Shown here one piece after another: positions 35,863 to 48,906 of a DNA stretch of 64,000 bases. This DNA is from Trichodelitschia bisporula (taxonomy: Eukaryota), in contig ML996699.1 of assembly GCA_010356995.1 (NCBI GenBank), positions 154,323 through 218,322 on the forward strand, written 5' to 3'. Within the stretch, counting starts at the first letter, position 1. Every line of letters begins with the position of its first letter. A program made the translations under genes and the position numbers. The notes under the pieces are model-generated. The model searched no databases, was not told the DNA's origin, and saw nothing but the letters and a program-made list of their open reading frames with translations.

Positions 35863-38020
35863 TTAGATCCTGATGATATCCACACGACTCCTCGCAAACA
35901 TACGATGCGCAACCAGCTCATCCTTCTCGCGATCAGAGTCCGTAATCTTCGGCGGCAGCACCGTCATGCGTGCGTAGGTGCCCGGACCTCGTTTCTTCGA
36001 CAGCGTCCCCGGATTGATAGCCAGCACTGATTCGATGACCTAGCAGCGGAGTCAGCAAATCGTCATCAAAGAAGTAATAGCCATCATCATACCTTTGCAA
36101 ATGGCGGCAGCACCGAGGGCGTAATCAGCACGTCCGGCCGCACATTCAACCACTCCCCCAGCTTCAAATAACTGACGTCCAGCATAGCCCCCAGCGGCGC
36201 GAACTTCACCTCCCCAGCCCTGTCACCATCATCCTCATTCCCTCCAGGCGGCTGCCTGTCGAGCGGCGGGTACACAGGAAAGAAATGCCGCTGCTCAACA
36301 ACCTGCCTACACAACCTCGCCAAAACATTCTCCTGCCTCGCCTTGCCGCCCGCAATCTCACACGCACGCAACTGGTCCAGCACATCCTGGGACGAAATCC
36401 CCGCAACGAATTCGTTCAAACTCAGTGTCACGGGGTTGGTGACTATGGAGACCTGTTTCGGCAGACCGAGATCCTTCTTTTGGAGGCGATCTTGTGGCCA
36501 GGCGGCGTGTTTGGAGATGACGTCCCGGACGGAGGGACACATTATTATGGAGATGGTGGGGACGGCTTGGGTTAGCTCGATGATGGGGGTGGAGATGTGG
36601 TAGCGGAAGACGTCGGTAAGGGTTGCGCGGTCGGGCGGGACGGGCCAGGATTCTGGGAGCGAGACGTCGCCGGTTTGGACCTTGGGGTGCTCGGCGTCTA
36701 GGAAGGGGCCGGAGAGGATGAGCATGTCGGCGTTGGTTTCTTGAGCTTTGGTTAGGAGCGCTCGGAGAGGGCTGTAGTTGAGGGCAGTATCGGTGGTGTA
36801 CGGTCCTGAGGCAATGAGGATGTTCAGAGGGCGAGCGTCGGTCGGGTCAGGATCGAGGTCGTCACTTTGACCCAGACGGGCATTTATTTCGTCGAGCTTC
36901 ACGACCTCAGACGCAGCCGGCGGGAGTATGGGAATGGTGAGGAAGCTGTTGACGGAAAAGAACTCGCCCGAGGCGTTAGTTCCACGCACCGCAACGATCT
37001 TGCCGGGGAAGAGTTCGAAACTAGGGATGTTCTCCAGCTTCAGTGGAATGCGGTGACCAGAGCCTGTTCTCCGGGACGTCTCGAGCACAACAGATGCGGG
37101 GTTCAGTTTGCCGTCCAGGGAATCAGAGGCAATGCGGCCGACGGCCACGATCTCACTCTGGTTTTCATCGCAAGGGTTGCCGAAATCGCCGTCCTCTAGT
37201 TTGTGATGCTCCTGCACGAGAGTGATGAATTCGTCTATCCGGTCGTCGAGCACTTCGGACGCCTCGGACAGCTTCATAGCCATTGTCTTGTATGAGAACT
37301 TGCTTAGGTCGGTATTGGCCTTGAGCTTTATGCGTGGTTCTGGGGCCGGCTCGTCGGGGGCGTCAGGTACGGGTATATGGTCGTTGAGCGTTTCCACGAT
37401 TTGGCCTGCGTTCGGACGGTCCTCGAAGTTGGCAGTCCTGGCGGATTAGCGCCTACCAGATCCATGATCAGAATATGACTTACGGAACACCGTTTAAATC
37501 CGGAGTCTTGAGCTCGCCAGGAGAGCTCACGAAGTTCATCTTACTCGCCTTTGCCATGGGCGTCTCAAAGGCCGACTTGCGCTTCACAGTGCTACCGCCT
37601 CCGGTTCTCATGACTCCCGCTCGAGGCGTGTTCGGAATAAGACCATCCAGCCTGACACAATCAGTCCCAAATCCCAATACCGTCGAACCAATTGCCTTAC
37701 ATCCCAAGAACATCCCCGCCCGCCCCAACCCGCGGCGTACCCCCCAGAGGGCGCTTATCCATAGCCTTCGCTTGCTTCGCCCTCGTCTCCCTTTCCAAAA
37801 TCTCCTGCAAATCCTTCTTGAAGTCCCTCGCCGTCTTCAAATCCAACTTCGTCTCCTCCGCACCCATCTTCATGCAGTACGACTCCCATTTGTAACTTAG
37901 CTCCTCGGGGTCGATATTATGGATCCGCAGGATAGAATTCAACTCCATCAGAACCTCCGGGCGGAGCGCGTCTCCATGTGGCGCAAAGTGCTCGTTGAGT
38001 TCGGCGTCGAGGTCGGCCAT
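35863..38020 (-). CDS. POL12: DNA polymerase alpha/primase B subunit
   Basis: ELSYKWESYCMKMG, VAVGRIASDS, LETSRRTGSG, ASGPYT, GPFLD, PDVLITPS, INPGTL. Introns 37652-37700, 37438-37483, 36040-36092. Confidence 0.96.
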
Positions 38021-38092
38021 GGCTGTGCGATGTGTCGTGAACGTTGCGTAGAGGGAGTGTGGCCGTAAAGTGCTGATGCTAAAGTTTGGAAG

Positions 38093-38123
38093 ACGCGCTC
38101 GCGCGGGAAACGCGACAACGCGA
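38093..38123. promoter_or_regulatory. Cluster of MCB-like (ACGCG) elements upstream of POL12
   Basis: ACGCG at 38093, 38110 and 38118, 70-100 bp upstream of the POL12 ATG. Confidence 0.6.
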
Positions 38124-38352
38124 GCCCCGGTCGCACATTGCCCAATAGCATCGCCATGGTACAAGATGCCCCGGCCCTGCATACTTGGCGCCATCTTGCC
38201 CGCGCTTTCAAGCCTTCAATCCCAATTCGGCCATTAGGTCTCCCATCCGCATCACCGCCTTTTCGAGTCTCCAGCATATCTTCCTCGCCCCGCCCTACAG
38301 TACCGACCCCATATCACCCCTCAATCGTACGCGGCAGGTATCTCCCGCAACC

Positions 38353-39562
38353 ATGGCCACCGCAGCAGTCGATGACATCGCCTCCAAAGAAATAGCCGAC
38401 GATGCAGTCATGGCCGAAAAGAACGCCCTCTCGACCAGCGACGCAAGCCAACCCACCCCCGCCGACAAACCCGTCGAGCACGATCCCGAGAAGACTCCCG
38501 CCAGCGAACCAGCCTCCAAACCCGCCGCCGCCGCACCCATCGACCTCAATGGCCGCGTTACCACACCCCTCCCCTATCCCCTCCCACACTGCCAGCCCGA
38601 GCCCCAGCCGACAGTCGCCGAAGAGCACGCAAAGAAGTACGACGAGCTGCTCGCAACCGTCTCGACCTGGACCACGGTGCCCAAGACCTCCGGCCGCAAC
38701 GCCGAAACCGAGCCCCTGACCGACGCCGACCGTCTCTGGCTAACCCGCGAATGCCTCCTCCGCTACCTGCGCGCCACGAAATGGAACGTCCCGGAGGCAG
38801 CCCGGCGCCTCCTCGCAACCCTAACCTGGCGCCGCGAATACGGCCTCTTGAACTTCACACCGGAGTACATCTCGCCCGAGAACGAGACCGGCAAGCAAAT
38901 GATCGTCGGTTTCGACAACGACGCGCGGCCCTGCCTTTACCTAAACCCGTCGAAGCAAAACACAGACGTCAGCGATCGGCAGCTGCACCACCTGTTCTAC
39001 ATGATGGAGCGCGTGATTGACCTCATGGGTCCCGGGCAGGAGACTACAGCGCTCCTCATCAACTTCAAGGAGACGAGCAGTCGCAAGAATCCCGGCGTCA
39101 TGCAGGGCAAGCAGACGCTGAATATTCTGCAAGGGCATTACCCGGAGCGCTTGGGGCGGGCGCTGATTAGCGAATGTGAGTCTGACAACCCTCTTTCGTA
39201 ACGAGTGCTGATGAACAGTGCCCTGGTACGTCACGACCTTCTTTAAGCTCATCTCTCCCTTCATCGACCCTGTTACCAAGACGAAGATGAAGTTCAACGA
39301 GCCTCTGACCGACCATGTGCCGACGAGTCATCTTGTCAAGCACTGTGGCGGCAAGCTTGATTTCGAGTATGACCACTCTATCTATTGGCCGGCTCTGAAC
39401 GCACTCTGCGAGGCCCGCCGGCGAGACTACACGGTGCGGTGGGAGAAGGCGGGCAAGAAGATTGGCGAGAGCGAGTCATACTTGCGGGGTGGGGAGGCAA
39501 AGTGTCTGAGCGGCGAGTACGCGGGGACCGATTTCCCTGAGGGATTTGCCCAGACCAAATAG
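38353..39562 (+). CDS. PDR16: Sec14/CRAL-TRIO phosphatidylinositol transfer protein, Pdr16-like
   Basis: WLTRECLLRYLRATKW, TLTWRREYG, ENETGKQ, ILQGHYPERLG, PFIDPVTK. Intron 39176-39218. Confidence 0.92.
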
Positions 39563-39871
39563 TAGACCATACGGATGTAGACCGTCGGAAGTTGAAGCAT
39601 TGTAGATGGTGTCATGTGAACCTTGCATAGCTTGCTTGTAGATAGCATCTCATATGTACGGTCATTCAACTCCACACTGCAAAGTCACTGCCTTCAGTAT
39701 GAGCCACGATCGAGGGTCATGAGAAAATCGGGTTTAATTCCCGAAACTAGCATCCGCGCCGAGATCCCAGAGGAAGACAATGCAGACCCATGATTTAGAG
39801 GCTCCCGAGTCGCTTGCCGTCCCAATCGTACCCAGTCACCACTCTTCAACTCCCCAACCAAGCAAGTAAAT

Positions 39872-40179
39872 TTACCGGTGCTACGCTGGTCAGTGGTGTT
39901 TCTTGTCTCCAATAATATATGCTGACCTTGATGAAGCCGATGTCCTGAGACTTCTCGCGGAAGCACTGACGGCAGATGTTCAGCCCATACTTGCGGATCA
40001 GACCAGCAGTGTGGGCGCAGACGCGGCTGTCTCCGTTAGCCATTATCCAAGTCTGGATTCCAGCATATTGTCCGCAAGCGATTGCAGTATCTCGGAATAG
40101 CAGAGGGAGAGGCATACCAGGAGCGGGAGCCCTTGCCGTAGTTGCGCGGGCGCGAGTACCAAATGGTTTCGTGAGACAT
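39872..40179 (-). CDS. RPS29: 40S ribosomal protein S29 (uS14)
   Basis: [56 protein letters not shown]. Introns 40027-40117 and 39881-39926, plus a likely 5'UTR intron 40203-40254. Confidence 0.98.
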
Positions 40180-40606
40180 GATTGCGGTTGTGGGAGTGGA
40201 GGCTGGCGGCTAATTAGCACACAAAAATTGACGATAGACTAAGCGTTGACATACCTGATGAGACCTGGTCGTTAGTCGTCCACTGGGGATTGAAGTTGCA
40301 ATGTCGTCGTCGCGAGGTGGTGGGAAGACGCAAAATGTATGTGGATGCTGGGTGGAGGACCGCTCGGCTACGGGCCAAGGTTTGGCCGGTCCGTGCACTG
40401 GAATTTGGCACTAAGCCGCACTTGGAAGTGCGTATACCAGGCGAGATTTTTGAGATAGCTTTCATCTCAGCGAACTCAGTCACCGTCTTCTCATCTCAAG
40501 ATTACTGCACCAGACGTAATTGGAGTTTCATCGTTAAGCTATCGCGTACTTGATCCAACCATCATCATCAATCTAGCAAGTCGGTATCCTACAGAGCCCT
40601 GCGGTA

Positions 40607-41567
40607 CTACCCCCTTGTAACATTGAACGTCAACGACATAGTCTGATATCCTTCCGGAGTGTCTTCATCAATGTTGTTAATATCCTTGACACCTGGCACG
40701 GCCTTCCTTAGCTTGTTCCACTCTGGAAGTTTGGACTCCACTTCAACATTCCATTCCGTGCCCGTCTTCTCTCCGACCTCCTTCCACAGCTCTCGGAATG
40801 AAGCCTCGTCGTGCCTCCAAATCTTTTCCGTAGCTGAACCAGCCTTTTCCCCTGGCCGCGTCACGAGTGCTGCAGGACTTCCACCCAGCTGCCACCCGAA
40901 AATGGCGTTTCCCTTCTCCGGCTTGAGTAGCTTTGTGGCAGCAACTGATGCTTGGACTTGCTTGTCCCAGTCCCAAAGATGGAACAGCATGGATGCCCAT
41001 ATAAAGTTAAACTGACCTTCCGCCATCCTGAATACTGGATCCTCCGAGTTCAACACGTCACCCACCAAGAACATGAACGGAGGTTCGCCGTCGCCATCAC
41101 GAAAGTATGCGTTGCCGCAATCTATCAAGCCTTGATCAAGGTCGGCTCCAATGACGCTGGACTTCGGTGCGCCATCAATCACCAGCTTGCGCATGTTTTG
41201 GCCGAGCCCACAGCCGAGATCGAGAAGTGTTTCGCCATCTTTCAGGCGTTCGAGGATGGAGGAGTACGCAGGATGAGTCGAGATAGTGGGGAAGGTAAAG
41301 GACAAGGTGCCGACGCAACCATAGGGAGCGATAGCCAAAGCTTTGTCACGCTGAGGAAGAGGTCAGGAACCAGCGCCAGCGTGGAGAGTAGAGAATGGAG
41401 ATAGTATGGCGGCCACGTACGATGCGATAGATGTGCTCTATCTGCTCATCAGCTGGAACTTTGGCGTAGTCTAGCAGCTCCGTTTGGGCAGGCCGGAGCT
41501 CTGTGATGCGGTCCACGATGATAAAGGTTTCGGAAGGCGCCGACGCAGTAGTGGCTTCCTCAGACAT
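40607..41567 (-). CDS. SAM-dependent methyltransferase (AusD/Trt5-like fungal family)
   Basis: HIYRIRDKALAIAPYGCVG across intron 41351-41420, motif I LLDLGCGLGQ, and ASMLFHLWDW. Confidence 0.88.
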
Positions 41568-43589
41568 AGTTGCAGTTGTGCTACCCACTCGACAATGCAC
41601 TCGGGAACACTGCACTCTTAACTGGGCACGGATGGCAGTGACACTGCCGGCTGCAGCAGACCGCTGCATCTTCGTTACTGTACCGCGGCTCGGAGGAGCA
41701 AATAGCAGGGCGGGGTAGAGCAGGCATCAAGATACGAGGCAGACATCGTATTACTCTTGTGCAGTTCAGCCTGCGCTGCAAGTTCGACATTTCCGGGCAA
41801 GGACGAGTCCGATTGATCCGAAAGGCTTGTCGCATCGCGGCATCAATTTGACGGTCGACATTGGGCAGCTGGGTACCGCTCTGCCGCTGTGGCTCAGCTC
41901 ATGATGTCTCTGTTTCAATCACATGGCCCCTCGGCCACGCCGGTAACGCGTCCGTCATGATGCGTCTTCGATCTGTGGATGGTTGCGTTCCAGATGAAGT
42001 TGGCGCCTGGCGCTTTGTGCAGATGAGCGGTTCGTGCACGATACTTGGCTCAGTCTTGGAGAAGGGTGAGATTCATCATCCGGGATGATCTCGATGATTG
42101 CCTCTTAAGATGCTTGTCCACTTTCTATGAGCTTGATAAAGGACATCGGCGTGCTGTCAAGGTCCGCGACCGGATTATGGGGATCCCGACTAGCTAATAA
42201 AGCTCTGAACCGTGGTTCTCATCGGACGCCAACGGTTCTTATATTCTCTTCAACATTTGGCATATCAGCCCACCATCCTCCCGTGAATCAAGCTTCTTAA
42301 AGCTTACGAGTACCCAGCTTTGGTGCGGGGTACGACGACATGTGAATCGAGGACGCGCAGCCAAAGTCTCGTAAAGCTGCTCCTACGGTACGGTATGAAG
42401 TGAGTGGCAATTGCTGGGCGGCGACTACGGGTACGAGTAAGGTTAGTTTGCGGCGTGCACGATGCCATCATGATCCGCATTTTGGAATTTGGTACACTCG
42501 GCATGCGGCGACACGGAAAGAGATCTTTGGCGTCTTGGTAGTTGTTCTGGTGGTTGAAGAGTGGTTCGGGAACCAGTCAAGACGAAGGGCGACAGAAACG
42601 TTTGCCAATTGTCATGCATAAGGCCTGCGGCCGCCATGACGTCCGATCATTAGGTACCTTTTTGGTGTTCAGCAGGCGCCTTGTCCCTCCTCCAGTTCAT
42701 TGAAAAAGGTGTCCTTTCTTGCATTGCTTGCACATCAGAACTCACCAGACTTTCTCCCTTCAACAATCTCCTCCGTAGACGCTGAAGTGCGAATAACCTC
42801 ATCTTCCGCCATTTTCTCACCCCTCCTCCTCCAAGTCAAACTTCCCCACACAAGGCGTTTCCTCCCCCAGTCCAAAGGAACTGCACCCCACGCGCCTTGT
42901 CTCCTCTCAGGCCCTTCAACCCCAGTTCCTTGTTGCAGCCACCGGCGCTGCGCAATTCCCCCACGTCCATTTTCATTCTTCCGCCTTGTCTGCCCGGTCC
43001 ACTCATCGTGGTCCCGCTCCTCTGCGGCGAGCCCATCCAGACTCTCCACACTACTAACCTAGTGACTTGCCCGGTCTGAGGTGAGCGCGTGCGCGTGCAA
43101 AAGTCGCCCTTTAATCCTGCGCCGTCTGAGTCGAAATCTCCCGAGTCTGCAGCCGAGAGGGGCGAGAGAAGGAATATAGAGAAGGGCCCCTTTGCCCGCA
43201 CCGAGCCGCTTTCAAAGGAAGTCGTATTCGAAGTCCCACCACCAAAGAACCACGCCGCAAACAGTATCTCCGTCGCTTACAACCTCATCTATCTCTCTAT
43301 TCGCTATTCGCAGTATCTCATACTGCGCTTTGCTCACTTGTGCTGCTTGACAGGGTTCGGAGAGTTGCTTGACTTTTGTGCTTCAATAGTGGATCGTTTG
43401 CGCCTCCCCGCACCGCCAGCTTGTTCACCTCCCCACTGCCGCGCTCGCATCTGCATCTCCACCACCGGAACAGATCGACTTCCGGCGGGGGGGCCTTCAT
43501 CGGCTAGATTCCCCTAGTTTTAAAAGCACAGGCGGCCCTGCATCCTCTTCCCACTCCCCTCACAGGTTCTCAACCCCCGCCACCAACCT

Positions 43590-45419
43590 ATGGCCCGCGA
43601 GCACACATTCCACAAGCTCAAGCTCGACACCCACGCCTCCAAGCCTGTCAACTCACCCTTCAGATCCATCAAGCGTCGTGATCATGACGACACTTTCACC
43701 TACTCTCCTCATGGCCCCGTTGTGCCGGCCGACGCTGTGCTAAGCACGGATGACCTGGTGAACAGTCTCCCCGACGTCGATGACGCGAGGTTTGGCTTCG
43801 ACATCCAGAAAAGCGCCGCTACTTCTAGCACCACTGATCATACGGCCTCGCTGCGCGACCGCAGAACGTCCATCAGCTTCGCTCCACATGTCACTACCGA
43901 AGATGGCCACAAACGCTCGCTGGGTGAGCCTCTCCCCAAGCAAGAGGATAAGCCAACGACCGCCGCACTCTCTATGCTGGACACCAGGCTCCCTCACGAC
44001 AACCGGCGCAAGAATGGCTTCACAGACCACGCGGACAAGTCAGACCGAGCAGGTCGCCCCCGCTTCGTCTACGGCGAAATCGGCGGCGCTCGCATTCCCG
44101 CCGCGAACGATTACGAGAGAGTCGCCTCCCTGACCTCCGCGACGACTGCCTCTCCCCGCACCGAGGAGATCCACACTCCGCTGAACGAGTATCTCCTCTC
44201 CCCGATTTCGGGTTCTCCGGGCGACTTCTCCCCCTTTAGACCCGGCGGCCTTGCCCTCCGTTCCTCCTCCCAGCGCTCGCGCCGCTCAGAAAGATCCGGT
44301 AGCGTACGTCATTCCTCGTCGCGCCGCTCCACCCGTTCCGGCCACCCATCCATGTCTCCAGCCAGCGCCTTCCTGAGTCTCTACAGCAGCGGCGAGTCAG
44401 CCGTAGCCGTCGAACCAGACAGCGAAGGGCAAGAAATCGGCGACCACACCGGGTACATCATCGGGCGGCAAATAGGGGCCGGAGGCACCAGCACAGTCAA
44501 AGAAGTCTACTCCATGGAAGCAGGCATCAAAGTCATCCGCGCCGTCAAAATCGTCCGCAAGCAAATCCGCGACAAAGATGAGCGCGAGAACGAGAAAGCC
44601 CAAGCCGAACTTGAGCACGAAGTCGATATCTGGCGCTACCTGAAGCATCGCTATATCCTCCCCTTGTTCGCCGTCTACGATACCCCCTTCGCAACCTTCT
44701 GCATTACGCAGCTCAACCGCGGCGGCACGCTTTTCGACCTCATGCGCGCCCGCCGCCGCCTCGCGCCCGCGGACCGGGGATTGCCGAACCATCTCGCGCA
44801 ACGCTACACCTACCAGCTCGCCGCGGCCATCCGCTACTTGCACGAGGACATGCGCGTCGTGCACCGCGACATCAAGCTCGAGAACTGCCTCCTCGACATG
44901 TCGGCCCCGGACGCCGCGGCGGTGGGGGGAAACGTGCTGCTGTGCGACTTCGGGATGGCGGACTTCATCCATAACGAGAGCCGCATCGACGCCGAGGCGT
45001 CGCCTTCGCAGAGTCCGGGGCGCAGTCTGAGCGGGTCCGATTTACTCTCTACTACCGTAGTCGGGAGCCTGGAATACACGGCGCCGGAGCTGATTGGGCT
45101 GAGCGAGGCGGTGTACAGCACGGCGGCGGATATGTGGTCTTTTGGCGTGGTGGTGTATGCGTTGTTGACTGGGTCCCGCCCGTTTCAGCATGAGTTGAGG
45201 GAGAAGTTGGTGCTTATGCTTGCGAAGGGGGAGTGGGACCCGCGGCCGCTGGTGGAGGCGCCGGCGGTGAGGGAGGGGGGGGCGAAGGCGGTGGAGCTGG
45301 TGCAACGGTGTTTGGTGTTTGAGCCGGAGGAGAGGTGGAGTGTGGGGAGGGTGTTGGAGAGTGGGTGGTTGGAGGGAGTGAGGGGGGAGTTGGGGGATGG
45401 GATTGAGGGGTGGGCGTGA
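43590..45419 (+). CDS. Ser/Thr protein kinase (CAMK-like group) with a long Ser/Arg-rich N-terminus
   Basis: IGAGGTSTV, RAVKIV, HRDIKLEN, DFG, GSLEYTAPE, DMWSFG. Single exon. Confidence 0.93.
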   Translation: MAREHTFHKLKLDTHASKPVNSPFRSIKRRDHDDTFTYSPHGPVVPADAVLSTDDLVNSLPDVDDARFGFDIQKSAATSSTTDHTASLRDRRTSISFAPHVTTEDGHKRSLGEPLPKQEDKPTTAALSMLDTRLPHDNRRKNGFTDHADKSDRAGRPRFVYGEIGGARIPAANDYERVASLTSATTASPRTEEIHTPLNEYLLSPISGSPGDFSPFRPGGLALRSSSQRSRRSERSGSVRHSSSRRSTRSGHPSMSPASAFLSLYSSGESAVAVEPDSEGQEIGDHTGYIIGRQIGAGGTSTVKEVYSMEAGIKVIRAVKIVRKQIRDKDERENEKAQAELEHEVDIWRYLKHRYILPLFAVYDTPFATFCITQLNRGGTLFDLMRARRRLAPADRGLPNHLAQRYTYQLAAAIRYLHEDMRVVHRDIKLENCLLDMSAPDAAAVGGNVLLCDFGMADFIHNESRIDAEASPSQSPGRSLSGSDLLSTTVVGSLEYTAPELIGLSEAVYSTAADMWSFGVVVYALLTGSRPFQHELREKLVLMLAKGEWDPRPLVEAPAVREGGAKAVELVQRCLVFEPEERWSVGRVLESGWLEGVRGELGDGIEGWA

Positions 45420-46879
45420 GGGGTGAGGTGGTAGACCGGTGGTGCCGCTGTTGCAGTCGTCTTGATACCCGTTTTTGCTTACCTGGTTCAGTTCGTTGTT
45501 AGGTGTCAAGGGTGATTGCGAGATCTCGGTTTGTCTTTCTCCTTGGATGGGGTCTTGTCAGCTTTGCTCGGAGTTGGTGGAAGGATGGGAACGGATGATA
45601 TCCAGCGTTACAGTACCGCGCTCTACTCAAAAAGTTCGACGTTTGTCCAGCGTGGAGTTGGGCTGGCAAGTGGGGAGGGATCGGGGTCATGGGGGGATAT
45701 CCGGGCGGTGGGTTTTGCATTTGCTATTTGATTGTTTGGCAGCGCGAAGCTCAGCACTGGCATTTTGATCTCCTCTTTATGGGCGGTAGTGGGGCCGTCT
45801 TTTCTTTGTCTACGGTGGGGGGTGGGTTTGTTAACCGGCTTCTCTACTGCGGGATTTGGATTCGGGTGGAATGGGAAGGGTCATACTCGTATGTCTGGAG
45901 ACATGGAAAATTGTCGCTGGCTTGTGTATGTATGCGGTGGGATGGATAGCTGGTGGCAGACGTCCCGGTTGCGCTGTCGCTGGGCAATTGTGGTATGTGA
46001 GGAGTAATCATGCTACTTATGCTGGATGGATGCTGATGTAGTTGCTGTGTGAGAGAGAACTCGAGGGTATCCGGGGGGCTTCGTAATATCCCGCTTTAGC
46101 CTCGACTTCATACTCGACTTGGGACATGACGGCTCTGCCCTTCATGGTAGACCTGATAGTAGCTCATTCCACATTCCATGAAAGGAGAATGTAGTTCTAG
46201 ACCTCACGCTCACCGGGCCACGACGGTTAGTCCATAGGGGGAGGGATATCACAGCATTCAGACTCGTGGCCAACACTTCAAGCAGACTCATTATCACTCT
46301 CGAGTCTCTTCAAACTCCATTCAAACGAGCCGCAGTCAAATCAGTCCAAGTCCACTCATCACTCAGATTCGGCATTAACTGTAGCAGCAGCACTCTATAT
46401 ACTCCCACCATGCAATCCAGCAGCACCCTCTCCCGCACCCACACCAATATTTTATCCCCACTGACCCCATCCCCGAAAGGCACTCACCAAAGGAGCACAC
46501 ATTCACACCAAAATACACACAATTACAAGGAGCGCGCGCCCAGGCGACAATAAAAAAGGGTGGTGCTATGTAGAACAGAGAGGAAGGAAAAAAAGATCAG
46601 GTAAAGGTCTCTCTCTCATGGGTGCCCCTTCTATGTCCTAGATCGGTAAACCAGACAAATATGCGACTCGTACGCGGCCCGCCATATGGCGATGCTACAC
46701 TCTTAATCCCACAGCCCCAAGCGAGCATCATATCTTCACCCTACGAAGTGGTGAGATACAAAACTCCACACGGAGGATACATCCCCCCAAGGTCTCGTCC
46801 ACCCAAGACCCACAATGCCGCAAAAGAGCCCACAAAGCCCCAAACTCCAAGCAATGCAACCCCGCCATCATACCAATCA

Positions 46880-48906
<2,027 letters not shown>

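Noticed and set aside
40607..41567. Secondary-metabolite cluster around the methyltransferase
   Set aside because: Neighbours are housekeeping genes; no PKS, NRPS, terpene synthase or cluster regulator in the window.
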